The notes: generated by a model from the letters alone, not told the origin. DNA of 64,000 bases from Escherichia coli (GCF_048403405.1 NZ_CP183129.1), one strand, 5' to 3'. Positions 32,587 to 45,383 are shown, numbered from the stretch's first letter. Translations and numbers: made by a program.

Positions 32587-33198
32587 ATGCGACTGTGGTT
32601 AATTCGTCATGGTGAAACGCAAGCGAATATCGATGGTCTGTACAGCGGTCATGCTCCCACACCCCTGACTGCGCGCGGTATTGAGCAAGCGCAAAATCTG
32701 CATACGCTGCTACATGGTGTTTCCTTTGACCTGGTTTTATGCAGTGAACTGGAACGTGCACAGCATACCGCGCGACGGGTTCTCAGTGATCGCCAGCTTC
32801 CCGTGCAAATCATCCCTGAACTCAACGAAATGTTTTTTGGCGACTGGGAGATGCGACATCATCGCGACCTCATGCAAGAAGATGCCGAAAACTATAGCGC
32901 GTGGTGCAATGACTGGCAGCATGCTATCCCCACGAACGGTGAAGGATTTCAGGCATTTTCACAACGAGTGGAACGGTTTATCGCAAGGCTTAGTGAATTT
33001 CAGCACTATCAGAATATTTTAGTCGTCAGCCATCAGGGTGTACTGAGTCTGTTAATCGCCCGTTTAATTGGTATGCCTGCCGAAGCTATGTGGCATTTTC
33101 GCGTTGACCAGGGGTGTTGGAGCGCCATTGATATCAACCAAAAATTCGCGACGCTACGCGTCCTCAATAGCCGTGCCATCGGGGTCGAGAATGCATGA
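32587..33198 (+). CDS. cobC: Adenosylcobalamin/alpha-ribazole phosphatase (histidine phosphatase family)
   Basis: 203 aa from MRLWLIRHGET (RHG motif). The track ORF begins one Met earlier. Confidence 0.93.
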   Translation: MRLWLIRHGETQANIDGLYSGHAPTPLTARGIEQAQNLHTLLHGVSFDLVLCSELERAQHTARRVLSDRQLPVQIIPELNEMFFGDWEMRHHRDLMQEDAENYSAWCNDWQHAIPTNGEGFQAFSQRVERFIARLSEFQHYQNILVVSHQGVLSLLIARLIGMPAEAMWHFRVDQGCWSAIDINQKFATLRVLNSRAIGVENA

Positions 33199-33439
33199 CT
33201 TTTCTGTTTTTTTACGGGTAAGCCGCAACGACCATTGACAGCCCCGGGCAGGCTGATATTCTCCGCAGCCAGACTTTTTTCGCCAGACACGACTTTGTAG
33301 AAATTGTTTTACAAAAATGGCGATGCAATCTGCGGCGCGGGGTGGGATGATAGCCCACTTTCGAAAGCCGATTCGGCGACAATTGTCCCGAAATCGCCTC
33401 TGGTTCAGGTATACTGACAGACCATTTTTATCTATTTGA

Positions 33440-33775
<336 letters not shown>

Positions 33776-33778
33776 TGC

Positions 33779-34246
33779 GTGAAGCTGCAACTTGTCGCCG
33801 TGGGAACGAAAATGCCGGACTGGGTACAAACTGGTTTTACCGAGTACCTGCGTCGTTTTCCGAAAGATATGCCCTTCGAGCTGATTGAAATTCCGGCCGG
33901 AAAACGCGGCAAGAATGCGGACATCAAGCGCATACTCGACAAAGAGGGTGAGCAGATGTTGGCGGCCGCAGGCAAAAACCGCATTGTCACCCTCGATATT
34001 CCAGGCAAGCCCTGGGATACGCCGCAGTTAGCCGCTGAGCTGGAACGCTGGAAGCTGGATGGTCGCGACGTCAGTCTACTGATTGGCGGGCCTGAAGGGT
34101 TGTCGCCTGCCTGTAAAGCGGCGGCGGAGCAGAGCTGGTCGCTGTCGGCGCTTACCCTCCCCCATCCGTTGGTTCGCGTGCTGGTCGCAGAGAGTCTGTA
34201 CCGGGCGTGGAGCATCACCACCAACCATCCTTATCACCGTGAGTGA
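33779..34246 (+). CDS. rlmH: 23S rRNA m3-pseudouridine1915 methyltransferase
   Basis: 155 aa with a GTG start. SPOUT-family YbeA. Confidence 0.94.
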
Positions 34247-34276
34247 TAAGGGAGCTTTGAGTAGAAAACGCAGCGG

Positions 34277-36178
34277 ATGAAACTACAGAACTCTTTTCGC
34301 GACTATACGGCAGAGTCCGCGCTGTTTGTGCGCCGGGCGCTGGTCGCCTTTTTGGGGATTTTGCTGCTGACCGGCGTGCTTATCGCCAACCTGTATAATC
34401 TGCAAATTGTTCGCTTTACCGACTACCAGACCCGCTCTAATGAAAACCGCATTAAGCTGGTGCCTATCGCGCCCAGCCGCGGCATTATCTACGACCGTAA
34501 CGGTATCCCTCTGGCCCTCAACCGCACTATCTACCAGATAGAAATGATGCCGGAGAAAGTCGATAACGTGCAGCAAACGCTGGACGCTTTGCGCAGCGTG
34601 GTTGATCTGACCGATGACGATATTGCTGCATTCCGAAAAGAGCGCGCACGTTCACACCGTTTCACCTCCATTCCGGTGAAAACTAACCTGACCGAAGTAC
34701 AAGTAGCTCGCTTTGCCGTCAATCAGTACCGTTTTCCGGGTGTTGAAGTTAAAGGCTATAAACGTCGTTACTATCCTTACGGTTCGGCGTTGACCCACGT
34801 CATCGGCTATGTGTCGAAAATCAACGATAAAGACGTCGAACGCCTGAATAATGACGGCAAACTGGCCAACTATGCGGCAACGCATGATATCGGTAAGCTG
34901 GGCATTGAGCGTTACTATGAAGACGTGCTGCACGGTCAGACCGGTTATGAAGAGGTTGAAGTTAACAACCGTGGGCGTGTTATCCGCCAGTTAAAAGAAG
35001 TCCCACCGCAAGCCGGACACGATATTTACCTGACGCTGGATCTCAAACTCCAGCAATATATTGAAACGCTGCTGGCGGGTAGCCGCGCAGCGGTGGTAGT
35101 CACCGATCCGCGTACAGGTGGGGTGCTGGCGCTGGTTTCCACGCCTAGTTATGACCCAAACCTGTTTGTTGACGGTATCTCCAGCAAAGATTATTCCGCC
35201 TTGCTGAACGACCCGAATACACCGCTGGTGAACCGCGCTACACAGGGGGTTTATCCTCCCGCGTCTACAGTTAAACCCTATGTGGCGGTTTCGGCATTGA
35301 GCGCCGGAGTGATCACGCGCAATACGACGCTGTTTGACCCAGGCTGGTGGCAACTGCCAGGTTCGGAAAAACGTTATCGTGACTGGAAAAAATGGGGCCA
35401 CGGGCGTCTGAATGTCACAAGATCGCTGGAAGAATCTGCGGATACCTTCTTCTATCAGGTGGCCTACGATATGGGAATCGATCGCCTCTCCGAATGGATG
35501 GGTAAATTCGGTTATGGTCATTACACCGGTATCGACCTGGCGGAAGAACGTTCCGGCAACATGCCTACCCGCGAATGGAAACAGAAACGCTTTAAAAAAC
35601 CGTGGTATCAGGGTGACACCATTCCGGTTGGTATCGGTCAGGGTTACTGGACAGCGACCCCAATCCAGATGAGTAAGGCACTGATGATCCTGATTAATGA
35701 CGGTATCGTGAAGGTTCCGCATTTGCTGATGAGCACCGCCGAAGACGGCAAACAGGTGCCATGGGTACAACCGCATGAACCGCCCGTCGGCGATATTCAT
35801 TCCGGTTACTGGGAGCTGGCGAAAGACGGTATGTACGGTGTTGCTAACCGCCCTAACGGTACGGCGCATAAATACTTTGCCAGCGCACCGTACAAAATTG
35901 CGGCGAAATCCGGTACCGCTCAGGTCTTCGGTCTGAAAGCGAACGAAACCTATAATGCGCACAAAATTGCCGAGCGTTTACGTGACCACAAACTGATGAC
36001 CGCCTTTGCGCCATACAACAATCCGCAAGTCGCTGTCGCCATGATTCTGGAGAACGGCGGTGCGGGTCCGGCGGTTGGTACGCTGATGCGCCAGATCCTC
36101 GACCACATTATGCTGGGTGATAACAACACCGATCTGCCTGCGGAAAATCCAGCGGTTGCCGCAGCGGAGGACCATTAA
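34277..36178 (+). CDS. mrdA: Penicillin-binding protein 2 (elongasome transpeptidase)
   Basis: 633 aa with the STVK active-site motif. Confidence 0.97.
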   Translation: MKLQNSFRDYTAESALFVRRALVAFLGILLLTGVLIANLYNLQIVRFTDYQTRSNENRIKLVPIAPSRGIIYDRNGIPLALNRTIYQIEMMPEKVDNVQQTLDALRSVVDLTDDDIAAFRKERARSHRFTSIPVKTNLTEVQVARFAVNQYRFPGVEVKGYKRRYYPYGSALTHVIGYVSKINDKDVERLNNDGKLANYAATHDIGKLGIERYYEDVLHGQTGYEEVEVNNRGRVIRQLKEVPPQAGHDIYLTLDLKLQQYIETLLAGSRAAVVVTDPRTGGVLALVSTPSYDPNLFVDGISSKDYSALLNDPNTPLVNRATQGVYPPASTVKPYVAVSALSAGVITRNTTLFDPGWWQLPGSEKRYRDWKKWGHGRLNVTRSLEESADTFFYQVAYDMGIDRLSEWMGKFGYGHYTGIDLAEERSGNMPTREWKQKRFKKPWYQGDTIPVGIGQGYWTATPIQMSKALMILINDGIVKVPHLLMSTAEDGKQVPWVQPHEPPVGDIHSGYWELAKDGMYGVANRPNGTAHKYFASAPYKIAAKSGTAQVFGLKANETYNAHKIAERLRDHKLMTAFAPYNNPQVAVAMILENGGAGPAVGTLMRQILDHIMLGDNNTDLPAENPAVAAAEDH

Positions 36179-36180
36179 TC

Positions 36181-37293
36181 ATGACGGATAATCCGAATAA
36201 AAAAACATTCTGGGATAAAGTCCATCTCGATCCCACAATGCTGCTGATCTTACTGGCATTGCTGGTTTACAGCGCCCTGGTTATCTGGAGCGCCAGCGGT
36301 CAGGATATTGGCATGATGGAGCGTAAAATCGGCCAAATCGCGATGGGTCTGGTCATCATGGTGGTGATGGCGCAAATTCCTCCACGCGTTTATGAAGGCT
36401 GGGCCCCCTATCTCTATATCATCTGTATTATTTTGCTGGTGGCGGTAGATGCTTTCGGTGCCATCTCTAAAGGCGCTCAACGCTGGCTGGACCTCGGTAT
36501 TGTTCGTTTTCAGCCGTCGGAAATTGCCAAAATAGCCGTACCACTGATGGTTGCGCGCTTTATCAACCGCGACGTTTGCCCGCCATCGTTGAAGAACACA
36601 GGCATCGCGCTAGTGCTGATATTTATGCCCACGCTGCTGGTGGCTGCACAGCCTGACCTGGGGACATCAATCCTCGTTGCGCTTTCCGGTCTGTTTGTAC
36701 TGTTCCTCTCTGGCCTTAGCTGGCGTCTGATTGGCGTCGCAGTAGTGCTGGTAGCGGCGTTCATTCCGATTCTGTGGTTCTTCCTGATGCATGATTACCA
36801 GCGCCAGCGCGTAATGATGCTCCTGGACCCGGAATCAGACCCACTCGGCGCGGGCTATCACATTATTCAGTCTAAAATTGCTATTGGCTCCGGCGGATTA
36901 CGCGGCAAAGGCTGGCTGCATGGCACTCAGTCACAACTTGAATTTCTCCCCGAACGCCATACCGACTTTATCTTCGCGGTACTGGCGGAAGAGCTGGGAT
37001 TAGTGGGCATTTTGATTCTGCTCGCTCTCTACATTCTGCTGATCATGCGCGGGCTGTGGATAGCCGCCAGAGCGCAAACCACCTTTGGTCGCGTCATGGC
37101 TGGCGGCTTAATGCTGATATTATTCGTTTATGTCTTCGTAAATATTGGTATGGTAAGCGGTATTCTGCCGGTTGTAGGGGTTCCGCTCCCACTGGTCAGT
37201 TATGGAGGATCGGCGCTAATTGTGCTGATGGCTGGGTTCGGGATTGTAATGTCAATCCACACCCACAGGAAAATGTTGTCGAAAAGCGTGTAA
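36181..37293 (+). CDS. mrdB: SEDS glycosyltransferase RodA
   Basis: 370 aa multi-TM protein, immediately after mrdA. Confidence 0.97.
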   Translation: MTDNPNKKTFWDKVHLDPTMLLILLALLVYSALVIWSASGQDIGMMERKIGQIAMGLVIMVVMAQIPPRVYEGWAPYLYIICIILLVAVDAFGAISKGAQRWLDLGIVRFQPSEIAKIAVPLMVARFINRDVCPPSLKNTGIALVLIFMPTLLVAAQPDLGTSILVALSGLFVLFLSGLSWRLIGVAVVLVAAFIPILWFFLMHDYQRQRVMMLLDPESDPLGAGYHIIQSKIAIGSGGLRGKGWLHGTQSQLEFLPERHTDFIFAVLAEELGLVGILILLALYILLIMRGLWIAARAQTTFGRVMAGGLMLILFVYVFVNIGMVSGILPVVGVPLPLVSYGGSALIVLMAGFGIVMSIHTHRKMLSKSV

Positions 37294-37303
37294 GAGGTGC
37301 GCA

Positions 37304-38392
37304 ATGCGTAAGCAGTGGCTCGGGATCTGCATCGCGGCAGGAATGCTCGCGGCATGTACAAGCGATGATGGTCAGCAACAGACGGTAAGTGTACCGCAGC
37401 CTGCGGTATGTAACGGCCCCATAGTTGAAATTAGCGGGGCGGACCCGCGTTTCGAACCACTGAACGCGACGGCAAATCAGGATTACCAGCGCGACGGTAA
37501 AAGCTACAAAATCGTGCAGGATCCGTCTCGATTTAGCCAGGCGGGACTGGCGGCAATCTATGATGCCGAACCCGGCAGTAACCTGACGGCCTCTGGCGAA
37601 GCATTCGATCCGACACAGCTGACAGCGGCCCATCCAACGCTTCCGATCCCCAGCTACGCCAGAATCACTAACCTGGCTAACGGGCGAATGATCGTGGTGC
37701 GCATTAATGATCGCGGTCCTTACGGCAACGACCGCGTTATTTCGCTTTCTCGCGCGGCAGCTGACCGTCTTAACACGTCAAACAACACCAAAGTTCGTAT
37801 CGATCCGATTATTGTCGCCCAGGATGGTTCGCTTTCTGGTCCTGGTATGGCCTGTACCACAGTTGCCAAACAGACTTACGCCCTGCCTGCACCTCCCGAT
37901 TTAAGCGGCGGCGCGGGAACAAATTCAGTGTCTGGCCCGCAGGGTGACATTCTTCCGGTCAGTAATTCGACGCTAAAAAGCGAAGATCCGACCGGCGCGC
38001 CGGTAACCAGCAGCGGTTTCCTCGGCGCACCAACGACCTTAGCGCCTGGTGTTCTGGAAGGCAGCGAACCAACACCTGCACCACAGCCCGTTGTTACAGC
38101 TCCGGCGACAACGCCTGCAACCACGCCTGCAATGGTGACACCGCAAGCCACCTCGCAAAGCGCCAGCGGCAACTTTATGGTGCAAGTCGGAGCCGTTAGC
38201 GATCAGGCTCGTGCGCAACAGTACCAACAGCAACTGGGACAGAAGTTCGGCGTCCCCGGTCGCGTAACTCAAAATGGCGCAGTCTGGCGGATCCAGCTTG
38301 GCCCATTCGCCAGCAAAGCCGAAGCCAGTACCTTGCAGCAACGTTTGCAAACCGAAGCCCAATTACAGTCATTTATTACCACCGCGCAGTAG
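37304..38392 (+). CDS. rlpA: Rare lipoprotein A (DPBB and SPOR domains)
   Basis: 362 aa with the lipobox MLAAC, a Pro/Thr-rich linker and a C-terminal SPOR domain. Confidence 0.95.
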   Translation: MRKQWLGICIAAGMLAACTSDDGQQQTVSVPQPAVCNGPIVEISGADPRFEPLNATANQDYQRDGKSYKIVQDPSRFSQAGLAAIYDAEPGSNLTASGEAFDPTQLTAAHPTLPIPSYARITNLANGRMIVVRINDRGPYGNDRVISLSRAAADRLNTSNNTKVRIDPIIVAQDGSLSGPGMACTTVAKQTYALPAPPDLSGGAGTNSVSGPQGDILPVSNSTLKSEDPTGAPVTSSGFLGAPTTLAPGVLEGSEPTPAPQPVVTAPATTPATTPAMVTPQATSQSASGNFMVQVGAVSDQARAQQYQQQLGQKFGVPGRVTQNGAVWRIQLGPFASKAEASTLQQRLQTEAQLQSFITTAQ

Positions 38393-38531
38393 CGTAAAGC
38401 AGGCATCTGATGTGTCAATTTCTGTAAATGACGTTAACAAAGTCACGCGGAAAGTCAGATGCCTGCCGGTAGTGCATTTGCTATAGTAGGGCACTTTTTT
38501 TAATTCCATCACGGATGTCGTAGTTCAGACC

Positions 38532-39743
38532 ATGAATACCATTTTTTCCGCTCGTATCATGAAGCGCCTGGCGCTCACCACGGCTCTTTGCACAGCCTTT
38601 ATCTCTGCTGCACATGCCGATGACCTGAATATTAAAACTATGATCCCGGGTGTACCGCAGATCGATGCGGAGTCCTACATCCTGATTGACTATAACTCCG
38701 GCAAAGTGCTCGCCGAACAGAACGCAGATGTCCGCCGCGATCCTGCCAGCCTGACCAAAATGATGACCAGTTACGTTATCGGCCAGGCAATGAAAGCCGG
38801 TAAATTTAAAGAAACTGATTTAGTCACCATCGGTAACGACGCATGGGCTACCGGTAACCCGGTGTTTAAAGGTTCTTCGCTGATGTTCCTCAAACCGGGC
38901 ATGCAGGTTCCGGTTTCTCAGCTGATCCGCGGTATTAACCTGCAATCGGGTAACGATGCTTGTGTCGCCATGGCCGATTTTGCCGCTGGTAGCCAGGACG
39001 CTTTTGTTGGCTTGATGAACAGCTACGTTAACGCACTGGGACTGAAAAATACCCACTTCCAGACGGTACATGGTCTGGATGCTGATGGTCAGTACAGCTC
39101 CGCGCGAGATATGGCGCTGATCGGCCAGGCGTTGATCCGTGACGTACCGAATGAATACTCGATCTATAAAGAAAAAGAATTTACGTTTAACGGTATTCGC
39201 CAGCTGAACCGTAACGGTCTGTTATGGGATAACAGCCTGAATGTCGACGGCATCAAAACCGGACACACTGACAAAGCAGGTTACAACCTTGTTGCTTCTG
39301 CGACTGAAGGCCAGATGCGCTTGATCTCTGCGGTGATGGGCGGACGTACTTTTAAAGGCCGTGAAGCCGAAAGTAAAAAACTGCTGACCTGGGGCTTCCG
39401 TTTCTTCGAAACCGTTAACCCACTGAAAGTAGGTAAAGAGTTCGCCTCTGAACCGGTTTGGTTTGGTGATTCTGATCGCGCTTCGTTAGGTGTTGATAAA
39501 GACGTGTATCTGACCATTCCGCGTGGCCGCATGAAAGATCTGAAAGCCAGCTATGTGCTGAACAGCAGTGAATTGCATGCGCCGCTGCAAAAGAATCAGG
39601 TCGTCGGTACTATCAACTTCCAGCTTGATGGCAAAACGATCGAACAACGCCCGCTGGTTGTGCTGCAAGAAATCCCGGAAGGCAACTTCTTCGGCAAAAT
39701 CATTGATTACATTAAATTAATGTTCCATCACTGGTTTGGTTAA
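38532..39743 (+). CDS. dacA: D-alanyl-D-alanine carboxypeptidase PBP5
   Basis: 403 aa with a signal peptide and the SLTK, SGN and KTG motifs. Confidence 0.97.
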
Positions 39744-39800
39744 AAATCGAACACTTGAAAGTGTAATTTCCGTCCCCATATACTAAGCATCAGTAAAAAA

Positions 39801-39829
39801 CTCCCGCCTTCTGGCGGGAGTTGCTATTT
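39801..39829 (+). terminator. dacA rho-independent terminator
   Basis: CTCCCGCC-TTCT-GGCGGGAG followed by TTGCTATTT. Confidence 0.7.
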
Positions 39830-39852
39830 AATTACGTTACGCCGGAGCTGAC

Positions 39853-40116
39853 ATGAAAACCAAACTTAACGAACTGCTTGAATTCCCTACTCCTTTTACT
39901 TACAAAGTTATGGGGCAGGCGTTACCTGAGCTGGTTGATCAGGTGGTTGAAGTGGTACAGCGCCATGCGCCAGGTGACTACACCCCAACGGTAAAACCAA
40001 GCAGCAAAGGCAACTACCACTCGGTATCTATCACTATCAACGCTACTCATATCGAGCAGGTTGAAACACTGTATGAAGAACTGGGCAAAATCGATATTGT
40101 CCGCATGGTTCTGTAA
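39853..40116 (+). CDS. ybeD: UPF0250 protein YbeD
   Basis: 87 aa with a recognisable sequence. Confidence 0.93.
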
Positions 40117-40216
40117 CTCGCTTCTCCGTTACCCGGCTCCTGGTCGGGTAACTCCCCTCTCCTCGCTGTGATATACTTTTCCCCCACTTTTACTCATTCT
40201 CCACGGAGATGCCGTT

Positions 40217-40858
40217 TTGTATCAGGATAAAATTCTTGTCCGCCAGCTCGGTCTTCAGCCTTACGAGCCAATCTCCCAGGCTATGCATGAATTCACCGAT
40301 ACCCGCGATGAAAGTACCCTTGATGAAATCTGGCTGGTCGAGCACTATCCGGTATTTACCCAAGGGCAGGCAGGAAAAGCGGAGCACATTTTAATGCCGG
40401 GTGATATTCCGGTGATTCAGAGCGATCGCGGTGGGCAGGTGACTTATCACGGGCCGGGGCAACAGGTGATGTATGTGTTGCTTAACCTGAAACGCCGTAA
40501 ACTCGGTGTGCGTGAACTGGTGACCTTGCTTGAGCAAACAGTGGTGAATACCCTGGCTGAACTGGGTATAGAAGCGCATCCTCGGGCTGACGCGCCTGGT
40601 GTCTATGTCGGGGAAAAGAAAATTTGCTCACTGGGTTTACGTATTCGACGCGGTTGTTCATTCCACGGTCTGGCATTAAACGTCAATATGGATCTTTCAC
40701 CATTTTTACGTATTAATCCTTGTGGGTATGCCGGAATGGAAATGGCTAAAATATCACAATGGAAACCCGAAGCGACGACTAATAATATTGCACCGCGTTT
40801 ACTGGAAAATATTTTAGCGCTACTAAACAATCCTGACTTCGAATATATTACCGCTTAA
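40217..40858 (+). CDS. lipB: Octanoyl-ACP:protein octanoyltransferase
   Basis: 213 aa with a TTG start. Recognisable LipB (catalytic Cys in KICSLG). Confidence 0.94.
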   Translation: MYQDKILVRQLGLQPYEPISQAMHEFTDTRDESTLDEIWLVEHYPVFTQGQAGKAEHILMPGDIPVIQSDRGGQVTYHGPGQQVMYVLLNLKRRKLGVRELVTLLEQTVVNTLAELGIEAHPRADAPGVYVGEKKICSLGLRIRRGCSFHGLALNVNMDLSPFLRINPCGYAGMEMAKISQWKPEATTNNIAPRLLENILALLNNPDFEYITA

Positions 40859-41117
40859 TTGCATACATCAATGGCCCAATTTACACTGGGTCATTACTCA
40901 TAATACCTGCTAATGCTTTACATCTCCTTCGCGTTTGTATATTTTCTTTATCACTTGCAGAAATGCGATGCTACGCCTTGCTCCGTAACTCACCCCATTG
41001 ATTAACTTATTGAAATAGTTGATTATGGTGAGCAAAAGCGTTCCGTTCCAATTAGACATAAGATTATTGTAATTTTTTTTAATATTATTTTTCCATGAAT
41101 AAAATTGGAGTAAGTGC

Positions 41118-42071
41118 GTGGATAGTAATAATCAAATTGAAACCTGTTTAAGCAGAAAGTCGTCAGAAGATAAACCACAAATATTTACAACCTTACGAAA
41201 TATTGATCTTAACCTTCTGACTATTTTTGAAGCTGTATATGTACATAAAGGGATCGTTAATGCAGCGAAAGTGCTTAATCTGACACCCTCGGCAATCAGT
41301 CAGTCTATTCAGAAACTGCGCGTTATATTCCCTGACCCATTGTTTATTCGCAAAGGCCAGGGTGTCACTCCTACCGCATTTGCGATGCATCTACATGAGT
41401 ATATCAGTCAGGGCCTTGAGTCCATTCTTGGCGCGCTGGATATCGAAGGAAGCTATGATAAGCAACGAACGATAACCATTGCGACCACCCCCTCGGTCGG
41501 AGCCCTGGTCCTTCCTGTCATCTATCGGGCGATTAAATCTCACTATCCGCAGCTTTTACTGCGCAACCCCCCCATCAGCGACGCGGAAAACCAACTCAGT
41601 CAGTTTCAAACCGATCTCATCATCGATAACATGTTTTGCACCAATCGTACGGTGCAACATCATGTTCTGTTCACCGACAATATGGTGTTAATTTGCCGCG
41701 AGGGAAATCCACTACTCTCTTTAGAAGATGACAGGGAGACTATCGACAACGCTGCGCATATACTCCTGTTACCGGAAGGGCAAAATTTCAGCGGTCTGCG
41801 GCAGAGAGTTCAAGAGATGTTTCCGGACCGGCAAATCAGTTTCACCAGCTACAACATTTTGACAATCGCTGCACTGGTTGCCAACAGTGACATGTTAGCG
41901 ATTATTCCCAGCCGTTTTTATAACCTGTTTAGCCGTTGCTGGCCGCTGGAAAAACTGCCTTTTCCGTCCTTAAATGAGGAGCAAATAGATTTCTCTATCC
42001 ACTACAACAAATTCAGCCTGCGTGATCCCATCCTGCACGGGGTAATAGATGTTATCCGTAATGCATTTTGA
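41118..42071 (+). CDS. ybeF: LysR-family transcriptional regulator
   Basis: 317 aa with a GTG start and the LysR HTH NLTPSAISQSIQKLR. Confidence 0.9.
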   Translation: MDSNNQIETCLSRKSSEDKPQIFTTLRNIDLNLLTIFEAVYVHKGIVNAAKVLNLTPSAISQSIQKLRVIFPDPLFIRKGQGVTPTAFAMHLHEYISQGLESILGALDIEGSYDKQRTITIATTPSVGALVLPVIYRAIKSHYPQLLLRNPPISDAENQLSQFQTDLIIDNMFCTNRTVQHHVLFTDNMVLICREGNPLLSLEDDRETIDNAAHILLLPEGQNFSGLRQRVQEMFPDRQISFTSYNILTIAALVANSDMLAIIPSRFYNLFSRCWPLEKLPFPSLNEEQIDFSIHYNKFSLRDPILHGVIDVIRNAF

Positions 42072-42279
42072 AAAAGTATTGTTACAGCCAGATCACAGCG
42101 AAGAACGAAAAAATGGCACAATCCAACAACAATTTTACATTTTCGCGACCGCTTTGGCTGCTTTCAGGTCCGTTTCAATGATATACTGCCAGTCGTTAAT
42201 TCAAAAATAGTTGATAATTACAACAATCTATTGAATTGAAACGCTTTCCTTCGTAATTCGCAACTGGAACACGCACGCT

Positions 42280-43245
42280 ATGAGTAAACCCATTGTGATG
42301 GAACGCGGTGTTAAATACCGCGATGCCGATAAGATGGCCCTTATCCCGGTTAAAAACGTGGCAACAGAGCGCGAAGCCCTGCTGCGCAAGCCGGAATGGA
42401 TGAAAATCAAGCTTCCAGCGGACTCTACACGTATCCAGGGCATCAAAGCCGCAATGCGCAAAAATGGCCTGCATTCTGTCTGCGAGGAAGCCTCCTGCCC
42501 TAACCTGGCGGAATGCTTCAACCACGGCACAGCAACGTTTATGATCCTCGGCGCTATTTGTACCCGCCGTTGTCCGTTCTGTGACGTTGCCCACGGTCGC
42601 CCGGTAGCTCCGGATGCCAATGAACCAGTGAAACTGGCGCAGACCATTGCCGATATGGCGCTGCGTTATGTGGTTATCACCTCCGTTGACCGTGATGACC
42701 TGCGCGATGGCGGTGCCCAACACTTTGCGGATTGCATTACTGCCATTCGGGAAAAAAGCCCGCAAATCAAAATTGAAACTCTGGTGCCGGATTTCCGCGG
42801 TCGTATGGATCGTGCTCTGGATATTCTGACCGCCACACCACCAGATGTATTCAACCATAACCTGGAAAACGTACCGCGTATTTACCGTCAGGTACGGCCT
42901 GGTGCGGATTACAACTGGTCGCTGAAGCTGCTGGAACGCTTTAAAGAAGCGCATCCGGAAATCCCGACCAAGTCTGGTCTGATGGTGGGTCTGGGTGAAA
43001 CCAATGAAGAAATTATTGAGGTAATGCGCGACCTGCGCCGTCATGGTGTGACGATGCTAACGCTGGGGCAATATTTGCAGCCAAGCCGCCATCACCTGCC
43101 GGTTCAACGTTACGTTAGCCCGGATGAGTTCGACGAAATGAAAGCCGAAGCGCTGGCGATGGGCTTTACCCATGCTGCATGCGGTCCGTTTGTCCGCTCG
43201 TCTTACCACGCCGATTTGCAGGCGAAAGGGATGGAAGTTAAGTAA
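42280..43245 (+). CDS. lipA: Lipoyl synthase (radical SAM)
   Basis: 321 aa with the CEEASCPN and CTRRCPFC cluster motifs. Confidence 0.97.
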
Positions 43246-43275
43246 TCCTGTAATAATTACTTACATCTATCTGAT

Positions 43276-43307
43276 AAAAAACCCGCTTTTTGAAGCGGGT
43301 TTTTTTG
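43276..43307. terminator. Bidirectional terminator between lipA and tatE
   Basis: AACCCGCTT-TTTG-AAGCGGGTT, flanked by an A-run and a T-run. Confidence 0.8.
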
Positions 43308-43346
43308 TATCGAACAAGATATTGAGGGAGCGTCCTGCTCGCCACG

Positions 43347-43550
43347 TCACTCTTTATGAGAGAGCTTTTCAGCCTGAAGATCAACGTCTGCGCCTTTTTT
43401 CGCCGCAGCATCGTCATCATTCATCGCCTTCTTGAACCCTTTAATGGCCGCTCCAAGGTCTCCGCCCAGCGTACGTAACTTCTTAGTCCCAAACAGCAGA
43501 ACGACCAGCGCCGCAACTACCAGCAGTTTGGTAATACTAATCTCACCCAT
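43347..43550 (-). CDS. tatE: Sec-independent (Tat) translocase subunit
   Basis: 67 aa, [26 protein letters not shown]. Confidence 0.95.
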   Translation of the reverse strand: MGEISITKLLVVAALVVLLFGTKKLRTLGGDLGAAIKGFKKAMNDDDAAAKKGADVDLQAEKLSHKE

Positions 43551-43678
43551 AGATACCTTCTTGACATATAACCGGCAACAGAACGCGCCTTAAAAACCAG
43601 AGAATATTAACGGTCATTCGACGCGCGCACACAATAGCAATCTGTAACAAGGTGAATCAAGCGCCGAGTAAAAAAACA

Positions 43679-44467
43679 TCATAATAATTGCGGCGGCGCA
43701 AAGCGACGGTTGTTTAAAACGGGAAGTTGCGCGCGCACCTGACGCACACGTTCGGGCGTCACTTCCGCCATAATGAGTGCAGGCATTTCTGACGCTGCCG
43801 CAATGGTGACGCCAAAGGGATCTATAATCCGGCTTTGCCCGATATTTTTGTTCCCGCACTCCCCCGCCGCCACCATATAACAGGTGGTATCCAGCGCACG
43901 AGCGGCAAGCAACGTTGACCAGTGATGCTCTTTGAGCGGCCCACGAACCCAGGCGGCAGGAAGTACCAGGATTTCAGCTCCCTGTAATGCCTGTGCCAGC
44001 GCCAGCTCTGGAAAGCGTAAGTCATAACAGGTCATCAGACCGACCTTCATCCCTTCCACCTCCAGTAACGGAGCTATTTCATTACCAGCATCAACATGGC
44101 GTGATTCCTGAATGGCAAATGCATCATAGAGATGCAGTTTGGCATAACGGGCGACGATGTTTCCTGCCTGTAGCGCCACCAGCATATTCCATGCGCGCCC
44201 CGGCGTTGAAGGAACATGAATCGTCAGAATTGTCGTCATCATGTTACGTTTACTTTCTCGCCGTAAACGTCCGAGGAATTCGCCTTCCAGCAGCTGTGCT
44301 GATTTAACCGATAGATCTGCATCATGATCATCGCGCGCCAGCAATGCTTCCGGCAGGACAAACAGCGATACGTCGTTTTCCGCCGCCTGCGCCATCAACG
44401 AGGCACAAATCTCAGCGTTCTTTTCCCACACAGATGTAACAGCAAACTGTCCTGCGGCAACCAGCAT
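43679..44467 (-). CDS. ybeM: C-N hydrolase (nitrilase superfamily, Nit1-like amidase), intact
   Basis: 262 aa from the ATG behind a GGAGG RBS (a GTG two codons upstream is possible). Glu-Lys-Cys triad context: [24 protein letters not shown]. The frame is uninterrupted. Confidence 0.88.
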   Translation of the reverse strand: MLVAAGQFAVTSVWEKNAEICASLMAQAAENDVSLFVLPEALLARDDHDADLSVKSAQLLEGEFLGRLRRESKRNMMTTILTIHVPSTPGRAWNMLVALQAGNIVARYAKLHLYDAFAIQESRHVDAGNEIAPLLEVEGMKVGLMTCYDLRFPELALAQALQGAEILVLPAAWVRGPLKEHHWSTLLAARALDTTCYMVAAGECGNKNIGQSRIIDPFGVTIAAASEMPALIMAEVTPERVRQVRAQLPVLNNRRFAPPQLL

Positions 44468-44562
44468 TGCCACCTCCTCCTGTCAGAGTCGTAAAATTCG
44501 CCAACGGCGATTATTCGGCGTTACACTTATCACTCATACAAATCAAATAGCAGGATTTTGCA

Positions 44563-44946
44563 GTGTTACAACTTCTTTTAGCAGTTTTTATTGGCGGTGG
44601 TACGGGAAGCGTGGCGAGATGGCTGTTAAGTATGCGATTTAACCCGCTGCATCAAGCGATTCCGTTGGGGACGCTGGCTGCAAACCTGATTGGGGCATTC
44701 ATCATAGGAATGGGATTCGCCTGGTTTAGCAGGATGACGAACATTGATCCAGTGTGGAAAGTATTAATCACCACCGGATTTTGTGGCGGTCTAACAACCT
44801 TCTCAACATTTTCGGCAGAAGTGGTGTTTTTGTTACAAGAGGGCCGCTTTGGCTGGGCGTTACTGAACGTTTTCGTCAACCTTTTGGGGTCTTTTGCCAT
44901 GACCGCACTGGCTTTCTGGCTGTTTTCCGCCTCAACCGCACACTAA
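44563..44946 (+). CDS. crcB: Fluoride ion channel
   Basis: 127 aa with a GTG start and four TM segments. Recognisable CrcB/FluC. Confidence 0.94.
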
Positions 44947-44951
44947 AGACC

Positions 44952-44980
44952 AAAAAAAACCCGCTGATTAAGCGGGTTTT
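44952..44980. terminator. Bidirectional terminator between crcB and cspE
   Basis: A-run, then CCCGCT-GATTA-AGCGGG, then TTTT. Confidence 0.8.
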
Positions 44981-44999
44981 GAATTCTTGCTGACGTATC

Positions 45000-45209
45000 T
45001 TACAGAGCGATTACGTTTGCAGCAGAAGGGCCTTTGGCACCGTTAGTGATTTCGAACTCTACGCGCTGACCTTCAGCAAGAGTTTTAAAACCATTAGTCT
45101 GGATTGCAGAGAAGTGTACGAACACGTCTTTGCTGCCGTCTTCCGGAGTAATGAAACCGAATCCTTTGGACTCATTAAACCACTTAACGTTACCTTTAAT
45201 CTTAGACAT
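45000..45209 (-). CDS. cspE: Cold-shock-domain protein E
   Basis: 69 aa, [22 protein letters not shown]. The track's 97-aa ORF is an upstream extension. Confidence 0.97.
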
Positions 45210-45383
45210 CAAAATTACCTTTACATGAAAAATAGACACAAATGCTGTGTCGGTTACCAGTACACCAATTGTGGTACGCTTTGTCCAGTGCAACTTTACT
45301 AAAAAGTGATAAAAGTCGCGTTATTTTTGATGTTACTTATTTTAGTTATTGATTTTAAAGAAGTTACTAAAACTTCATTTGTC

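Noticed and set aside
42196-43044. 282-aa minus-strand ORF overlapping lipA. Similar long antisense ORFs occur at 16874-17785 (miaB), 9596-10438 (nagC), 27852-28643, 28647-29345 and 29397-30326 (leuS), 34991-35962 (mrdA), 52155-52928 (citE), 53104-53958 (citF), 60100-60768 (ahpF), 7747-8289 (nagB), 25291-25893 (gltL) and 61665-62180 (ahpC).
   Set aside because: All lie opposite well-recognised conserved genes and lack RBSs and recognisable motifs. They are shadow ORFs.
43614-43859. 81-aa minus-strand ORF overlapping the ybeM 3' end and the tatE-ybeM spacer
   Set aside because: It is out of frame with and overlaps intact ybeM, has no RBS, and is Arg/Cys-rich shadow sequence.
44474-44562. Possible fluoride riboswitch upstream of crcB
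   Set aside because: Only 89 nt are available, and I could not find the conserved crcB-motif pseudoknot elements. To my knowledge, E. coli crcB lacks this riboswitch.
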